From NCBI RefSeq assembly GCF_020745735.1, contig NC_083435.1:37597090-37661089 (forward strand): a stretch of 64,000 bases of DNA. Direction: 5' to 3'. The DNA comes from Hemiscyllium ocellatum. Taxonomy: Eukaryota. Under the pieces are notes generated by a model, which did no database searches, was not told the origin of the DNA, and worked only from the letters and a program-made list of their open reading frames with translations. The position numbers and the translations under genes were made by a program. Below, in pieces: positions 25,742 through 37,800 of this stretch (positions within the stretch are counted from its first letter, which is position 1; every line of letters starts with the position of its first letter).

Positions 25742-26269
25742 GTGAGTGTAGCTGCAGGGCTGGGCTGTACAATAGTTGCTGGATGAAAGGTGGCCATTCA
25801 GTCTGTTTGTTCTCTGTAAGAGCAATTCAGCTAGTTCCATCCTCCCGCCTTTTCTACCTTGGTCCTTGCTGGTTGGGGTCTGTATTTTTAATATTCATAG
25901 CCGCAGAGTTATACAGTACAGTACAGGAAGAGCTCCTGTGGATAAGGATCAAATCGCACCATGGTAGATTAAGGAATCGAGCTCAGTATATATCTGAAAT
26001 GAAACGATGGCTTTATGAAAACATTGTTGTAAAAGCACCTGACTCACAGTGCCTTTTTGCGAAGGGAATCTTGCTCTCCTTACCTCACCTGACCTGTGTG
26101 ACTTCAAAACGCCAGCAATATGGTTGATTCTCTCTATGAGCAGTTAGGGGTTAGTAATAAATGCTGGCCCAAATGACAAGGTTCTCGCAATGAATGCAAC
26201 AAAAAAACCCTGCAATTGGACGACCCCAGTTCAAGGAGCTAATCAATTACGGAGTTAGAGTCATAGTGA

Positions 26270-29200
26270 AACAGACCCTTTGGTCCAACTTATCTATGCC
26301 ACCTATACTCTAACCTGATCTAGTCCAATTTGCCAGCACTTGGTCCATATCCTTCTACACCCTTCCTATTTATATACCCATCTAGATGCCTTTTAAATGC
26401 TGTAATTGTATTAGCCTCCACTGCATCCTCTGACATTTCATTTCATAAATGCACCACCCTCTGTGTGAAAAGGTGCCCCTTAGGTCTGTTTTATACATTT
26501 GCTCTCTTACCTTAAGCCTATGCCGTCTAGTTTTTTACTTCCTGACCCTGGGGAAAAGACTTCGGCTATTTACCCTTTCTGTACCCTTTCTGTGCCCTTC
26601 ATGATTTTATAAACATCTATAATGTCACCCCTCAGTCTCTGATGCGCCAGGGGAAGCAGTCCCAGCTTTGGGGAAACCCAAAGGCTGTTTACTCATACAT
26701 GAGGAATAAGAATGATCATGAAGAAGGTTGGGCCGGTCAGGGATAGTGTAGGGAACTTGTATGTGGATCTGAGCGGATAGGGGAAGCCCTAAAAGAGTTT
26801 TTTTGCTTCAGTTTTCATTAAGGAAAGTGACCTTGTTGTGAATGAGAACTTTGAAGAGTTGGGAAACAGGCTTGAGCAGATCAAGATTGATATAGTTGAT
26901 GTGTTGGAATTTTTAGCAACATTAAGATTGAAGACCAAAAGATATGCAGGTCAGGTGGATTGACCATGCTAAATTGCCCATAGTGTTAGGTGCATTAGTC
27001 AGAGGGAAATGTGTCTGGGTGGGTTACTCTTCGGAGAGTCGGAGTGGACTTGTTGGGTAGAAGGGCCTATTTCATCACGATAGGGAATCTGATCAGTTAA
27101 TTCCCCAGGGCCAGACAGGTTTATCCTTGGTTGCTCCAGGAAACGAGAAATACGGTTGCTCAGCTGCTTGGCAAAGATCTTTGCTTCCTCACTCTCCAAT
27201 GGGTCATCCTGGAGGATTGGAATGAGGTAAATGCTGTTCCTCTTTTCAAGAAGGGTAATGGGGAAATCCCTAGCAATTAGAGACCAGTCAGTCTTAAGTC
27301 TGTTGGTCAGCAAGGTTTTGGAAAGGATTCTGAGGGATAGGATTTATGACTGGAAAAGCATAGCACGATTAAAGGCAGTCTGCATGGCTAGGTGAGGGGT
27401 AACTCATGCCTCACAAAACATATTGAGTTCTTTGAGGAGGTGACAAGACAGAGTCGATGAAGAGCGGGCAGTGGATGCGGTGTATATGGACTTCAGCAAG
27501 GCACTTGATAAGGTTCCCCATGGTAGGCTCATTCATAAAGTCAGGAGATATGGGATACAAGGAGATTTGGCTGTCTGGATTCAGAACTGGTTGGCTGACA
27601 GAAGGCAGAGAGTGATTGTAGATGGAAAGTATTCTGCCTGGAGGTCAGTGGTAAGTGATGTCCCGCAGAGTCTGTTCTTGGGCCTCTATTCTTTGTAGTA
27701 TTTTACAAATGACTTGGATTAGGAGGTTGAGGGTGGGTTAGTAAATTTGCCAGTGACTCAAAGATTGGAGACGCCGTCGATAGTATCGAGGGCTACTGCA
27801 GGCTGCAGCGCTACATAGACAGGATGCAGAGCTGGGTTGAGAAATGGCAGATAGAGTTCAACCTGGATAAATGCGAAATGATGCATTTTGGAAGGTCGAA
27901 CTCGAATACTGAATATAGGATTACAAACAGGATTCTTGGCAGTGTGGAGGAACAGAGGGACCTTGGTGTTCAAATACATAGATCCCTCAAAGTTGTCACC
28001 CAAGTGGACAAGATTGTTAAGAAAGCATATGGTATTTTGGCTTTCAATAACAGGGGGATTGAGTTTAAGAGCCAGAAGTTTTTGCTGCAGCTCTACAAGT
28101 GAGACCACCCTTGAAATATTGTGTCCAGTTCTGGTTGCCCTATAATAGGAAAGATATGGAGGCTTTGGAGAAGGTGCAAAGAAGGTTTACCAGGATGCTG
28201 CTTGGACTGGAGGGCTTTTCTTATGAAGAGAGGTTGACTAAGTTTGGACTTTTCTCTCTGGAGAGAAGGAGGAAGAGAGGAGGCCTGATAGAGGTATGCA
28301 TGGTAATGAGAGGCATGGATAGAGTCAATAGCCAGAGACTTTTCACCAGGGCAGGATTGACTGGCACGAGGTGTCATAGTTTTAAAATACTGGGAGGAAG
28401 GTATAGAGGAGACGTCAGAAGTAGGTTCTATACGCAGAGAGTTGTGAATGCATGGAATGCATTGCCAGCTGTGGTGGTGGAAGCAGAGTCATTAGAGACA
28501 TTTAAGCGACTGTTGGGCATGCACATGGGCAGCAGTGAATTGAAGGGTGCATAGGTTAGGTTATTTATTTTAGATTAGGAATAATCCTCGGGACAACATC
28601 ATGTGCCGAAGGGCCTGTTCTGTGCTGTAATATTCTATGTTCTACATTTACCCTCTCCCTATAGCTCAAATCCTCTAAGCCTGGCAATTTCCTTGTAAAT
28701 CTTTTCTGAATGTTTTCAAGTTTCACAACATCTTTCCGATAGGAAGGAGACCAGAATTGCATGCAACATTCCAACAGTGGCCTAACCAATGTCCTGTACA
28801 GCCGCAACATGACCTACCAACTCTGTACTCAATACTCTGACCAATAAAGGAAAGCTTATTAAATGCCTTCTTCACTATCCTAACCACCTGCGACTCCACT
28901 TTTAAAGAACTATGAGCCTGCACTCCAAGGTCTCTTTGTTCAGCAACACTCCCCAGGACCTTACCATTAAGTGCATAAGTTCTGCTAAGATTTGCTTTCC
29001 CAAAATGCAGCACCTCTCATTTATCTAGATTAGACTCCATCTGCCACTTCACCACCCATTGGCAAATCTGATCAACATCCCATTGTAATCGGAGGTAACC
29101 TTCTTCACTGTCCACTGCATCTCCAATTTTGGTGTCATCTGCAAACTTATTAACTGTTCCTCCTATGCTTATATCGAAATCATTTTAAATAAATGATGAA

Positions 29201-29990
29201 AAGCAATGGACCCAGCACCAATCCTTATGGTATACCACTGGTCACAGACCTCCAGTTTGAAAAGCAACCCTCCACCACCATCCCCTCTCTTCTTCCTTTG
29301 AACCAGGTCTGTATCCAAATAGCTGGTTCTCCCTGTATTCTATGAGATCTAAGCTTGCTGACCAGTCTCCCATGAGGAACCTTGTCGAATGCCTTACTGA
29401 AGTCAGTATAGATCGTGTCTTCTGCTCTGTCTTTGTCAATCCTCTTTGCTTCTTCAAAACACTCAACCAAGTTCATGAGACATGCCTTCTTGCTGACTAT
29501 TCCTAATTAGTCCTTTCCAAATATATGTAAATCCTGTCCTTCAGGATTCCCTCCAACAATTTGCCCACCACATTGTCAGGCTCACCAGTGTGTAGTTCCT
29601 TGGTTTTTTCTTACCACCTTCCTTAAACAGTGGCATCACATTAACCAACCTCCAGTCTTCCAGCACTTCACCCATGACTATCAATGATACAAATATCTCA
29701 ACAAGGGGCCCATCAATCACTTCCCTACCTTCCCACAGAGTTGTACAGTACACCTGATCAGGTCCTGAGGTTTTATCCACTTTTATGTGTTTCAAGATAT
29801 CCAGCACCTGTAATATGGACATTTTTCAAATGTCACCATCTGTTTCCCCACATTCTCTGTCTCCCATGTCCTTCTCCATAGTAAACATTGATGTAAAATG
29901 CTATTCAGTATCTTCCCCCATCTCCTGCAGCTCCACACGTCTGTTGCCTTGCTGATTTTTGAGTGTCCCTATTCTCTCCCTCATTACCTT
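26270..29990 (-). mobile_element. CR1 LINE (minus strand) interrupted by a plus-strand CR1
   Basis: The 3' part (26270-26666) continues at ~28647 exactly as the uninterrupted copy reads at ~7700-7760. RT motifs in ORFs 28565-28810, 28723-29013, 29225-29476 and 29541-29822. Confidence 0.8.
26667..28645 (+). mobile_element. CR1 LINE (plus strand), ~2 kb 3' portion, containing a partial V-SINE at ~26945-27085
   Basis: ORFs 27471-27698, 27824-28102 and 28099-28554 (MDFSKALDKVPHGRL, YCVQFW.P, LEKVQRRFTRML); ends in a ttctatgttcta tail. Confidence 0.9.
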
Positions 29991-30014
29991 TTTGTCCTTA
30001 TTTGCAGCACAGCA

Positions 30015-30640
30015 ATAGATCCCTTTTGTCCAACTCGTCTGTGCTGTCTAGATTCTAAACTGATCTAGTCCCACTTGCTAACATTTGGCCCATATCCCTC
30101 TAAATCCTTTCAATTCATATACCCATCCAGGTGCCTTTTGAATGTTGTAATTTTACCTGCCTCTGCCACTTCCTCTGGCAGCTCATTCATACGTACACCG
30201 CCATCTGCATGAAAATGTTGTCCTTCAGGCCCCTTTTAAATTTTTCCCCTCTCACCTTAAACTTGTGTCCTGTACTCCCCTACTCTGAGGGAAAAGGCCT
30301 TAACATTTCTCCCTATTCAAGCTCCTCATGATTTTATAAACCTCGATAACATCATCCCCATCCTCCCACACTCCAGGGAAATTAACCCCAGCCTATTCAG
30401 CCTCCCTCTATAGTACAAACCTCCAACCCCAACACCATTCTTGTAAATCTCTTCTGAACCCATTCAAGTTTCATAACATCATTCTTATAGAGTATTCTAA
30501 AAGGGGCCTCGCAATACCTTGAGGCAAGTGTGCCTAATGCCTTGTTCACCATCCAGTCAACCTGTGACACTTTCAAAGAACTCTGTACTTGCATCTGTAG
30601 GCCTGTTTGTTCTGTAACACTCCCTAGGGTCTGATCATTA
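30015..30640 (-). mobile_element. Degraded CR1 3' fragment
   Basis: KLEWVQKRFTRMVLGLE in ORF 30397-30594(-), plus CR1 3'UTR. Confidence 0.75.
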
Positions 30641-32359
30641 ACTCTATTACTCCATGTCTCTTCTATTCAGATCCATCAACCTTATCCTTTTGTGGTAACC
30701 TATTTGCAGTCATCCTCTTAACGGTTTTGTTGATTTAAAAATAATTCTATTATCCTGCTGGCAGCTAAAACAATATAATTAGATACCCTCAAGGTATGCC
30801 GTAAGTTCTTAATTAAAAATGCAAGATCCATCATGAGGAAATCTTCTCAAAATGTTACTGTATCAGCCCAAAAGTGAATCCTGAGTGTGCAGTCTAAAAA
30901 TACCGAAGAATTTCCTTCATAACAAGAAAACACTACAAGATCTGCCTGTGATTGACTTTCAGGTCAATGGATCTTACCAAAATGAAATTATAACATGAAA
31001 AACTAATTCCAGGCATAGGTCCAAATGTTTAGCTTTTGTAGTTTTCCATCTGCATCTGTTGTCTCTTTGGACAGTTTCAGAAATATTCCTCTCAGAAAAG
31101 CCTCTCCCTACTGTCTTTGTACAGATTTTATCCTGCAGTATCCATCTACAATGGTGCAACTATGTTCGAAGTTTACTTCCATTGTGATGACTAACATGGT
31201 ACAACACTCATTCATCAATTGGGAGCAAAGTGATTAGTTTTTCTTGCACTTGTTTGGTTGAAAGACCTGACGCTCATGGAGTCAGTATTGAGGACCTCCT
31301 CAGCTGAATGTAGGGTGGGACATTCCCATGGATGGTGACAGAGGAGTCTGTTATGTTTCCAAGTTGATACAGTCTGTGGGTAGTTCTCCTCACTTGGGGA
31401 CTCAGATCTTGGTAAGGGAGAGTTTACAGATTTCACTGGGTTGAGATCACCTTCATTTTAATCTGACATAATGCCAGATCTCTTTAATTTCTCTCTTTAT
31501 TACATTTTGTAGTGATTGTTCACTGTGGTTTGCTCGGCTGCTTCAGAAGACTGCCAGAGTTTGCCATGTTGTGTGGAATAATCGTATAGGCTAGAACAGG
31601 CAGTGTTGCCGTTTCCCTTCCTTGACGGATTATATTTGGAATTCTAGGATAAGCTGAATATTTTGATGTAGTCATTTTTGATTTTCATCCGTAAATTCCT
31701 AAAACTTCAAACTTTAGATTCACAGTATGGAGTTGAGGCAAATACCTGTTTAATGATAAACTAGATATTCACATGAATGAGAAATTAACAGAAGGAAATG
31801 TGGGTTTGCTGAGATGAGGAGGGATGAGAGAATGTTCATGGTAAACATTTCTCTCAATAATTCTATTTGTGAAACAAACTTTCCATGTTTGAATTTGAAC
31901 CACTATTCACTGAATTATTTATCCAGCGTCATAGCATTTCGCTCTCATTACTAGCAGACAGTTATTTCAATATCTTTTAATGCCTTATTTATAGATTTTA
32001 CCAGAAGGGCTTGGCCTTTCCCAAAAGCCTCATTTTCGAGTTTGATACTTTTACCCAGTACTCTGGCTGACTGCACAACCCACACTCTACTGATCAATCT
32101 CCCAGGATAAACCTTCAATCAGGTGCCCTTAAACAATACTTCCCTCTGCTTCTAACACTTTCCACTTTGTGTTTCCTTCAAGTAATTTTGGAAAATAAGA
32201 GGAGGGTTTTCAACATATTCAATCAACATTTCACCTGATATGCATTAATGCATGTCCTAAAGATCAAGTTTATCTTTGCCGGAAAGACTTGAGCTTATCA
32301 TGAATTGAATGTCAGTACCTGGAAAGATGTGGGCTGATATGCAGAGGAAAGAATATAGC

Positions 32360-32905
32360 TACAATGTGGTCTCCTCTACGTCAGGGAGACAGGACGCCAA
32401 CTTGTGGATCATCCCAGAGAACATTTCTGGGACACCCACAACAACCAACCCACCACCCCATGACTGAACACTTTAACTCCCCCTCCCATTCCACCAAGGG
32501 CATGCCGGTTCTGTGCCTCTTCCATTGCCAAGCCCTAATCACCCAAAGCCTAAAGAAAGAACGCCTCATCTTCTGCCTTGGGACTCTGCAACCATATGGT
32601 TGCAATGTGGATTTTACCAGTCCCAAGCCTCCAACTCAGCACTGCCCTCTTGATCTGTCCATCTTCCTTCCCAACTATCCACTCCACCCTCTCTGACCTA
32701 TCACCTTCCCCTGCCCCCACCTTCATCCACCTCTCACATTCCCAGCTACCTTCCACCCCCCCAACCCCAGCCCCACCCCTTTCTCATTTATCTCTCAGCA
32801 CCCCCCAGCCCACAATCCTCATCCCTGATGAAGGGCATATGCCCAAAACACCGATTCTCCTGCTCCTCATATGCTACCTAACCTGAAGTGATTTTTTTTT
32901 CCCAG
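32360..32905 (+). mobile_element. Penelope-like element (Neptune-type) 3' fragment
   Basis: EHFNSPSHS.K.M.VL.LFHCQ..LKKERLIFCLGTLQP.G, then a pyrimidine-rich spacer and a hammerhead motif with G12>A at ~32821-32856. Confidence 0.85.
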
Positions 32906-33543
32906 CACCACACTCTGGGCATTGTTATCTTCGGGTCACTATCCACTGTCTCTGCTAGATTCAGGGGGTGTCACACAAGTGAGGAAAAAGCAAGATCTTG
33001 TAATTGAGTCTCCCACACAAGGGAATCAATCCCTTCCGCAAAGGAAGAAAGTGAGTTGGAAAAATCACTTTTTCTCTTGTTTCACAGAAGGATTACACCA
33101 TACTCCACCAGAGGATACAGAGAGGATAGACACTGGGAATAATTCCTGACCATTAACCAAGGAGCAACTGCACAACTGTGGGAAGACATCCAGTCCCTTT
33201 CCAGCATTGCTCAACACAGAAGGTTGGGCAGTGGAACCATCATCTGGAAATTGGTCACGTCAGGGAAGCTTTGACATATCGGATCTGAAACTGGTCAGTG
33301 GTGTGCAGCCTTCCATCAGAACTAACCTTTCTGAACGTTTGGCTGTGGGTGATTGGTCAGGGCAAGGCTGGGAAGAAGGGTGAGTGGCCTCTGAGTGGTG
33401 AGTGCTGCATTCATTCATCAAGCCTTGGGAGTCACTGACTCAGTTCTATTCAAATGTGAGGCTTGTGCGGAGGGTTAGAGTCCTGACCCCGCCTATCACA
33501 CAAGGTGCTTCAGTTGTGCCGCTGCAAATACCGGGACAGCCAC

Positions 33544-34635
33544 ATGGAAGAGAAACCATTCAACTGTGAGGTTTGTACTGAAACTATTGTGATGTCTCCG
33601 AGGCAGATGATGCATACCTGGGAAAAGTCCTTCAGTTGTGATGTTTCTGAAATGCCTTTCACTCAATCCTCCCATCTTCTGTCCTACCCAAAGATTCAGA
33701 CAGGGGAGAAATCAGTGACGTGCAAGGCATACGACAGCTCGTTCTCACAGTTATCGACCCTCCTCAATCAACAAGACTCTCACACCAGGGAGAAACCATT
33801 CACATGTGAGGTATGCCACAAATCTTTTGCACAGTCCTCAACCCTCCGTGTGCACCATCGCATTCACACAGGGGAGAAGCCATTCACATGTAATGTGTGC
33901 AACAAATCCTTCTCGCAGTCATCAAATCTCCGTGCGCACCAACGCATTCACACTGGGAAGAAGCCGTATACCTGTGAGGTTTGTGACACGTCATTCTCTT
34001 ACCCGTCAAACCTTCGCAAACACCAATACCGTCACACTGGGCAGAAACCATTCAAGTGTGAGGTGTGTGACCAGGCCTTCACGCTCTCTGCGACGCTCAT
34101 GACTCACCAGCGCATCCACACTGGCGACAAGCCATTCAAGTGCGAGGTATGCAACAAGTCATTCTCGCAGTCATGGCCGCTGCTTGTGCACCAGCGCATT
34201 CACACTGGGGAGAAACCATTCACGTGTGAGGTGTGTGACAAATCGTTCACGCGGTCATCGACCCTCCTGCAACACAGGCGCATCCACACCGGGGAGAAAC
34301 CTTTCGTCTGCGAGGTATGCGATAAATCGTTCTTACGCTCATCGACCCTCCTCGAGCACCAGCGCATTCACACGGGGGAGAACCCCTTCACCTGTGAGGT
34401 GTGCGAGAAGTCATTCTCACGGTCGTGGACCCTACTCCTCCACCAACGCATCCACACTGGGGAGAAGCCGTTCACGTGCGAGGTGTGCGACAAATCCTTC
34501 TCTGACTCTTCAAACCTGCGCAAACACCAGCGCATTCACGCAGGGGAGAAACAGTTAACGTACGAGGTGTGCAACAAATCATTCTCTGAGTCGCCGTACT
34601 TACTGGTCTCACGTGACATCCAGACAGGGGAGTAA
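33544..34635 (+). CDS. Tandem C2H2 zinc-finger protein, 363 aa, 9 intact fingers, no KRAB/SCAN/BTB visible
   Basis: Open frame with nine CxxC-x12-HxxxH fingers and TGEKP-type linkers, flanked by 3 N-terminal and 1 C-terminal degenerate fingers. ATG chosen by conservation with the paralogue at 961. Conserved acceptor ttcacag|aaggat at 33087/33088 marks the probable exon start. Confidence 0.85.
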   Translation: MEEKPFNCEVCTETIVMSPRQMMHTWEKSFSCDVSEMPFTQSSHLLSYPKIQTGEKSVTCKAYDSSFSQLSTLLNQQDSHTREKPFTCEVCHKSFAQSSTLRVHHRIHTGEKPFTCNVCNKSFSQSSNLRAHQRIHTGKKPYTCEVCDTSFSYPSNLRKHQYRHTGQKPFKCEVCDQAFTLSATLMTHQRIHTGDKPFKCEVCNKSFSQSWPLLVHQRIHTGEKPFTCEVCDKSFTRSSTLLQHRRIHTGEKPFVCEVCDKSFLRSSTLLEHQRIHTGENPFTCEVCEKSFSRSWTLLLHQRIHTGEKPFTCEVCDKSFSDSSNLRKHQRIHAGEKQLTYEVCNKSFSESPYLLVSRDIQTGE

Positions 34636-37199
34636 CCCTTCAAATGAGAGGTTTCTGCTGAGGCGTTTGTGACCTCTTCAACTCTCCTGGGACTCCTTGA
34701 GTATTCAAACAGGGAAGGAGCTCTTCAGGCATGATGTTTACAACAAAACTTTCAGCCACTCCTCTGACATCCGAAAGCACCAGCAGATGCAACTGGTGAG
34801 AAACCATGGCCTCTCCCACAGGAGAGACCCATTCAGTGTGAATTCATAATACTGCCTTTAATTGGTTCTCAGCTAACATGGCACACCAGGCGAAGTCGTT
34901 CAGGAGGTACACTCCTGTTGATGTGAGGTCAACCGCATACCAGTGTCTCCACACAGACTTGGAGCTGAGTCACCTGCTTCTGTTGCACTGAGAGTTGTCT
35001 GTGTTGTTTACTGTCCTGTGCTCTCACAGAGGACCTGTTATTCCAAAGCATCATCTGCCTCAGCAGGGTCTATCTCAAATCTCTCCCACCATCATCCATT
35101 CATTTCAAAAAGGTCAAATTTAACCTTTTGACTGAATCACCAAATGAAGACATCAATATGTACAAAAGGTCCTGTATAAATTCAGCTTCCTTTCGGTGCT
35201 GTCAGGTACAAGGCACTCACTGACTCTCTCTCTCTGACCAAGAAGGCAATCAGTTGGACAGTGATTAAAAAGATTTCAGCTTCTGATTGATCAGTATGAA
35301 CTCTGAGATGAGCAATTCCTGGGATAGTAATGGAAATACCTCAATTACCTTTAGTGTCTCTGGCCTATGCAGGGGGAGAATGAACAAGGAATACCGTTCC
35401 TCATCAGTCAGTCCAGCTGGGAAGTCAGGTAGGGCAGGATGTGGCTCAACTGTGACAGTCTCCATTGTCTCACATCATTTTACTATCTGGCTGCCCATGT
35501 GTCGAATGGCTTCTCAAACAAAGCAGTAGAAGTTGCTCAATGTTCAAGACAGTACCTTGTGGATTGGAGTGAATGGGAAAGAGAACATCAACACCCTACA
35601 ATAACGTGTATTTATACAGCAAGACATCCTGAAGTGTTTCACGCAGTTACAATCATATAGAAATTGACACCAAAACAAAGGAGATATGATGGGGGAATAG
35701 CACTGAGAATTTTGTCAACCACGATATGTGTCAACCAAGATGGAAACATCTCAGTTGTTTGCACAGCCTAATTTATCTCTTGAACAGCTACAGTTATGAC
35801 ATTCCTGAAGCCAAGGGAATGGAATTTACCCTGAAAATCCATAGGACGAGGGAATGAACTCTTCACTTGAGCAAATGCCTGCTAGCTTAGAAGAACTCCG
35901 CTGGAATACCGTTGTGACTGCAGGCTTTGTTTTTCGTCTGATTGCCGGGATTGGGATAGACTGGAGAATATTTGCTCCCTTTCTCGGTTGTGGTGTTGTG
36001 TATAGATTGATCTTAATGATAGAGAGGCACTTCAGAATTATTCGGAATGGCAGCAATTTGTCCTCAATAACTTAGTGATAAGGCAGAGCAATAGCATGGA
36101 AGGAAAGAATAAAAGGAAGCAATTCCTGCTCCCTCTCTCCTACAATCCCTTTGGAAATTGTACCCATTGTTTTCAAAAATCTGTGGGTCAGGAATTGGCC
36201 TGGTCAGCCCCATAAAAGATCAATAGCAGAACCACCCAACTCTGAACAGGCATCATCTATGAATGAGGGACAGATACGTTGGGGATTTTAGTGGTTCTAA
36301 AGGTTTAGTTAAAAAGATTTATAAGGTGGGAATATAGAGAAAATATAGAGTTTTGAGGGGGGAGTTCCTGAGCTTGGAATCTAGACGCTGAAGACCTGGC
36401 CATCATGATGACATGAAGGAAGTGGGGCAGATATACTAAAGAACTGAACTGCAGAGATCTGAGAGAGGTGGGGCTGGGGTTGGCAGAGAGAGAGGGAGTG
36501 AGGCCAGGGAGCAATTTGTGTTTGAACATGAGAATTTTATAATTGGAGGTACTGGGGAAGTACGGACTAATGTAGGTCAGTGAGCACAGCAGTGATATCT
36601 GAGAGTTAGGACAGAGAGTGCAGGGAGTATGAAGTTTCTGGATGGTGTGAGAAAATGGGAAGCTGGATAGGAGAGCATTAGTCTAGTCTAGAAGCATCAG
36701 CACCATGGATGAGGATGCCACAAGGGATGAACTATAGCCAGGTGGGAGGGTGTTGAAATGGGTAATTTAGTTAAACTCAAATTCCATGACTCTGCACCGA
36801 TTGAATACCTATTTCTTCACTTGCGACCTTAACCACTTAATCAGGAGACAGTGCAGTGATGTAACTCAGGAAAGGTTTGTTAACTTACAGGAATAATACT
36901 TAAGTCAATAGATTTGCTACCTAGACTTATCATGGTTTTTGCTTCCATATTCAACCAAGGTGCAGGTGACACTTAGGTTTTCTTCATTTCATCGCTGCTG
37001 TTGTCTTCAGCTTCTGGCTTGGACAACAGATTGTGGTCTTCAGTTTCAAGCTTGACATGTGCTTTGACCCTTGAAAGATGGTGCTTTGTTAACCCTTTCC
37101 AGGTACAACCGTATGCAATGATATTATTGAACTGCGGTGTAAATGAAAACAAACTGGTCAGTTGCACGGAGGAAGCTGTTGCCACAAAGCTATCAAGTC

Positions 37200-37800
37200 T
37201 GTCAATCAGCCACTCCAAATTCATCACATCCCTTCGCCTCCCGCTGTAAGGCCAGCAGTGTGCAACTCTACGCATGCAGCTGAATAAGATGTGTTTTATG
37301 CAGTTCAATAAAATTTATCCAAAATTGTCCTTGGCCGTTTCAACATCACAGTTCGGCATTGAAGGAAGTCTTAGAAGTCGGGAGTTGGAAACTGCAATGA
37401 GGGAGATGAATCCTCTTAGAATTCATCTTTTCCATCTTGGCATCCTCTGGTATGCACAAAGACATAGGAAACATTCAAGAGCTACTTTTTTGATTAGTGC
37501 ATCCTCAATGTGTTACTCCGGGATGATTCAATTCTTCAAATGAAAAATGCCCTGGACTCCAATGTGTTAGGCATTACCATCGAGAGAACCAAGCTGAATG
37601 CTTTTGAGCAGTTTTTACCAATTTGGAGAGTTTTGATGCCACTGTAGACAAGGAAGCAGACAGCAGGCTTTCCAAAGCATTTAGCATACTTTAGTAATGT
37701 GTGAAGAATTGTAAAGTCAGTGCAAGGACGAAGCTTTCTGTGCAAAGACATAATCCTCACCACCCTCCTTTATGATGCCCTATTAGGGGTTCAGCACTGC
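37200..37800 (+). mobile_element. Degraded RTE-clade LINE RT remnant
   Basis: DATVDKEADSRLSKA-F..L..V..ARTKLSV..IILTTLLY resembles RTE/BovB-type ORF2 after the RT core. Confidence 0.5.

Noticed and set aside
33505-33543. ORF-track start of the ZNF (GTG read as Met)
   Set aside because: GTG initiation is a prokaryotic-table artefact; the ATG at 33544 is conserved with the paralogue.
36973-37308. 111-aa minus-strand ORF
   Set aside because: No known motif; lies antisense to what appears to be a degraded RTE LINE.
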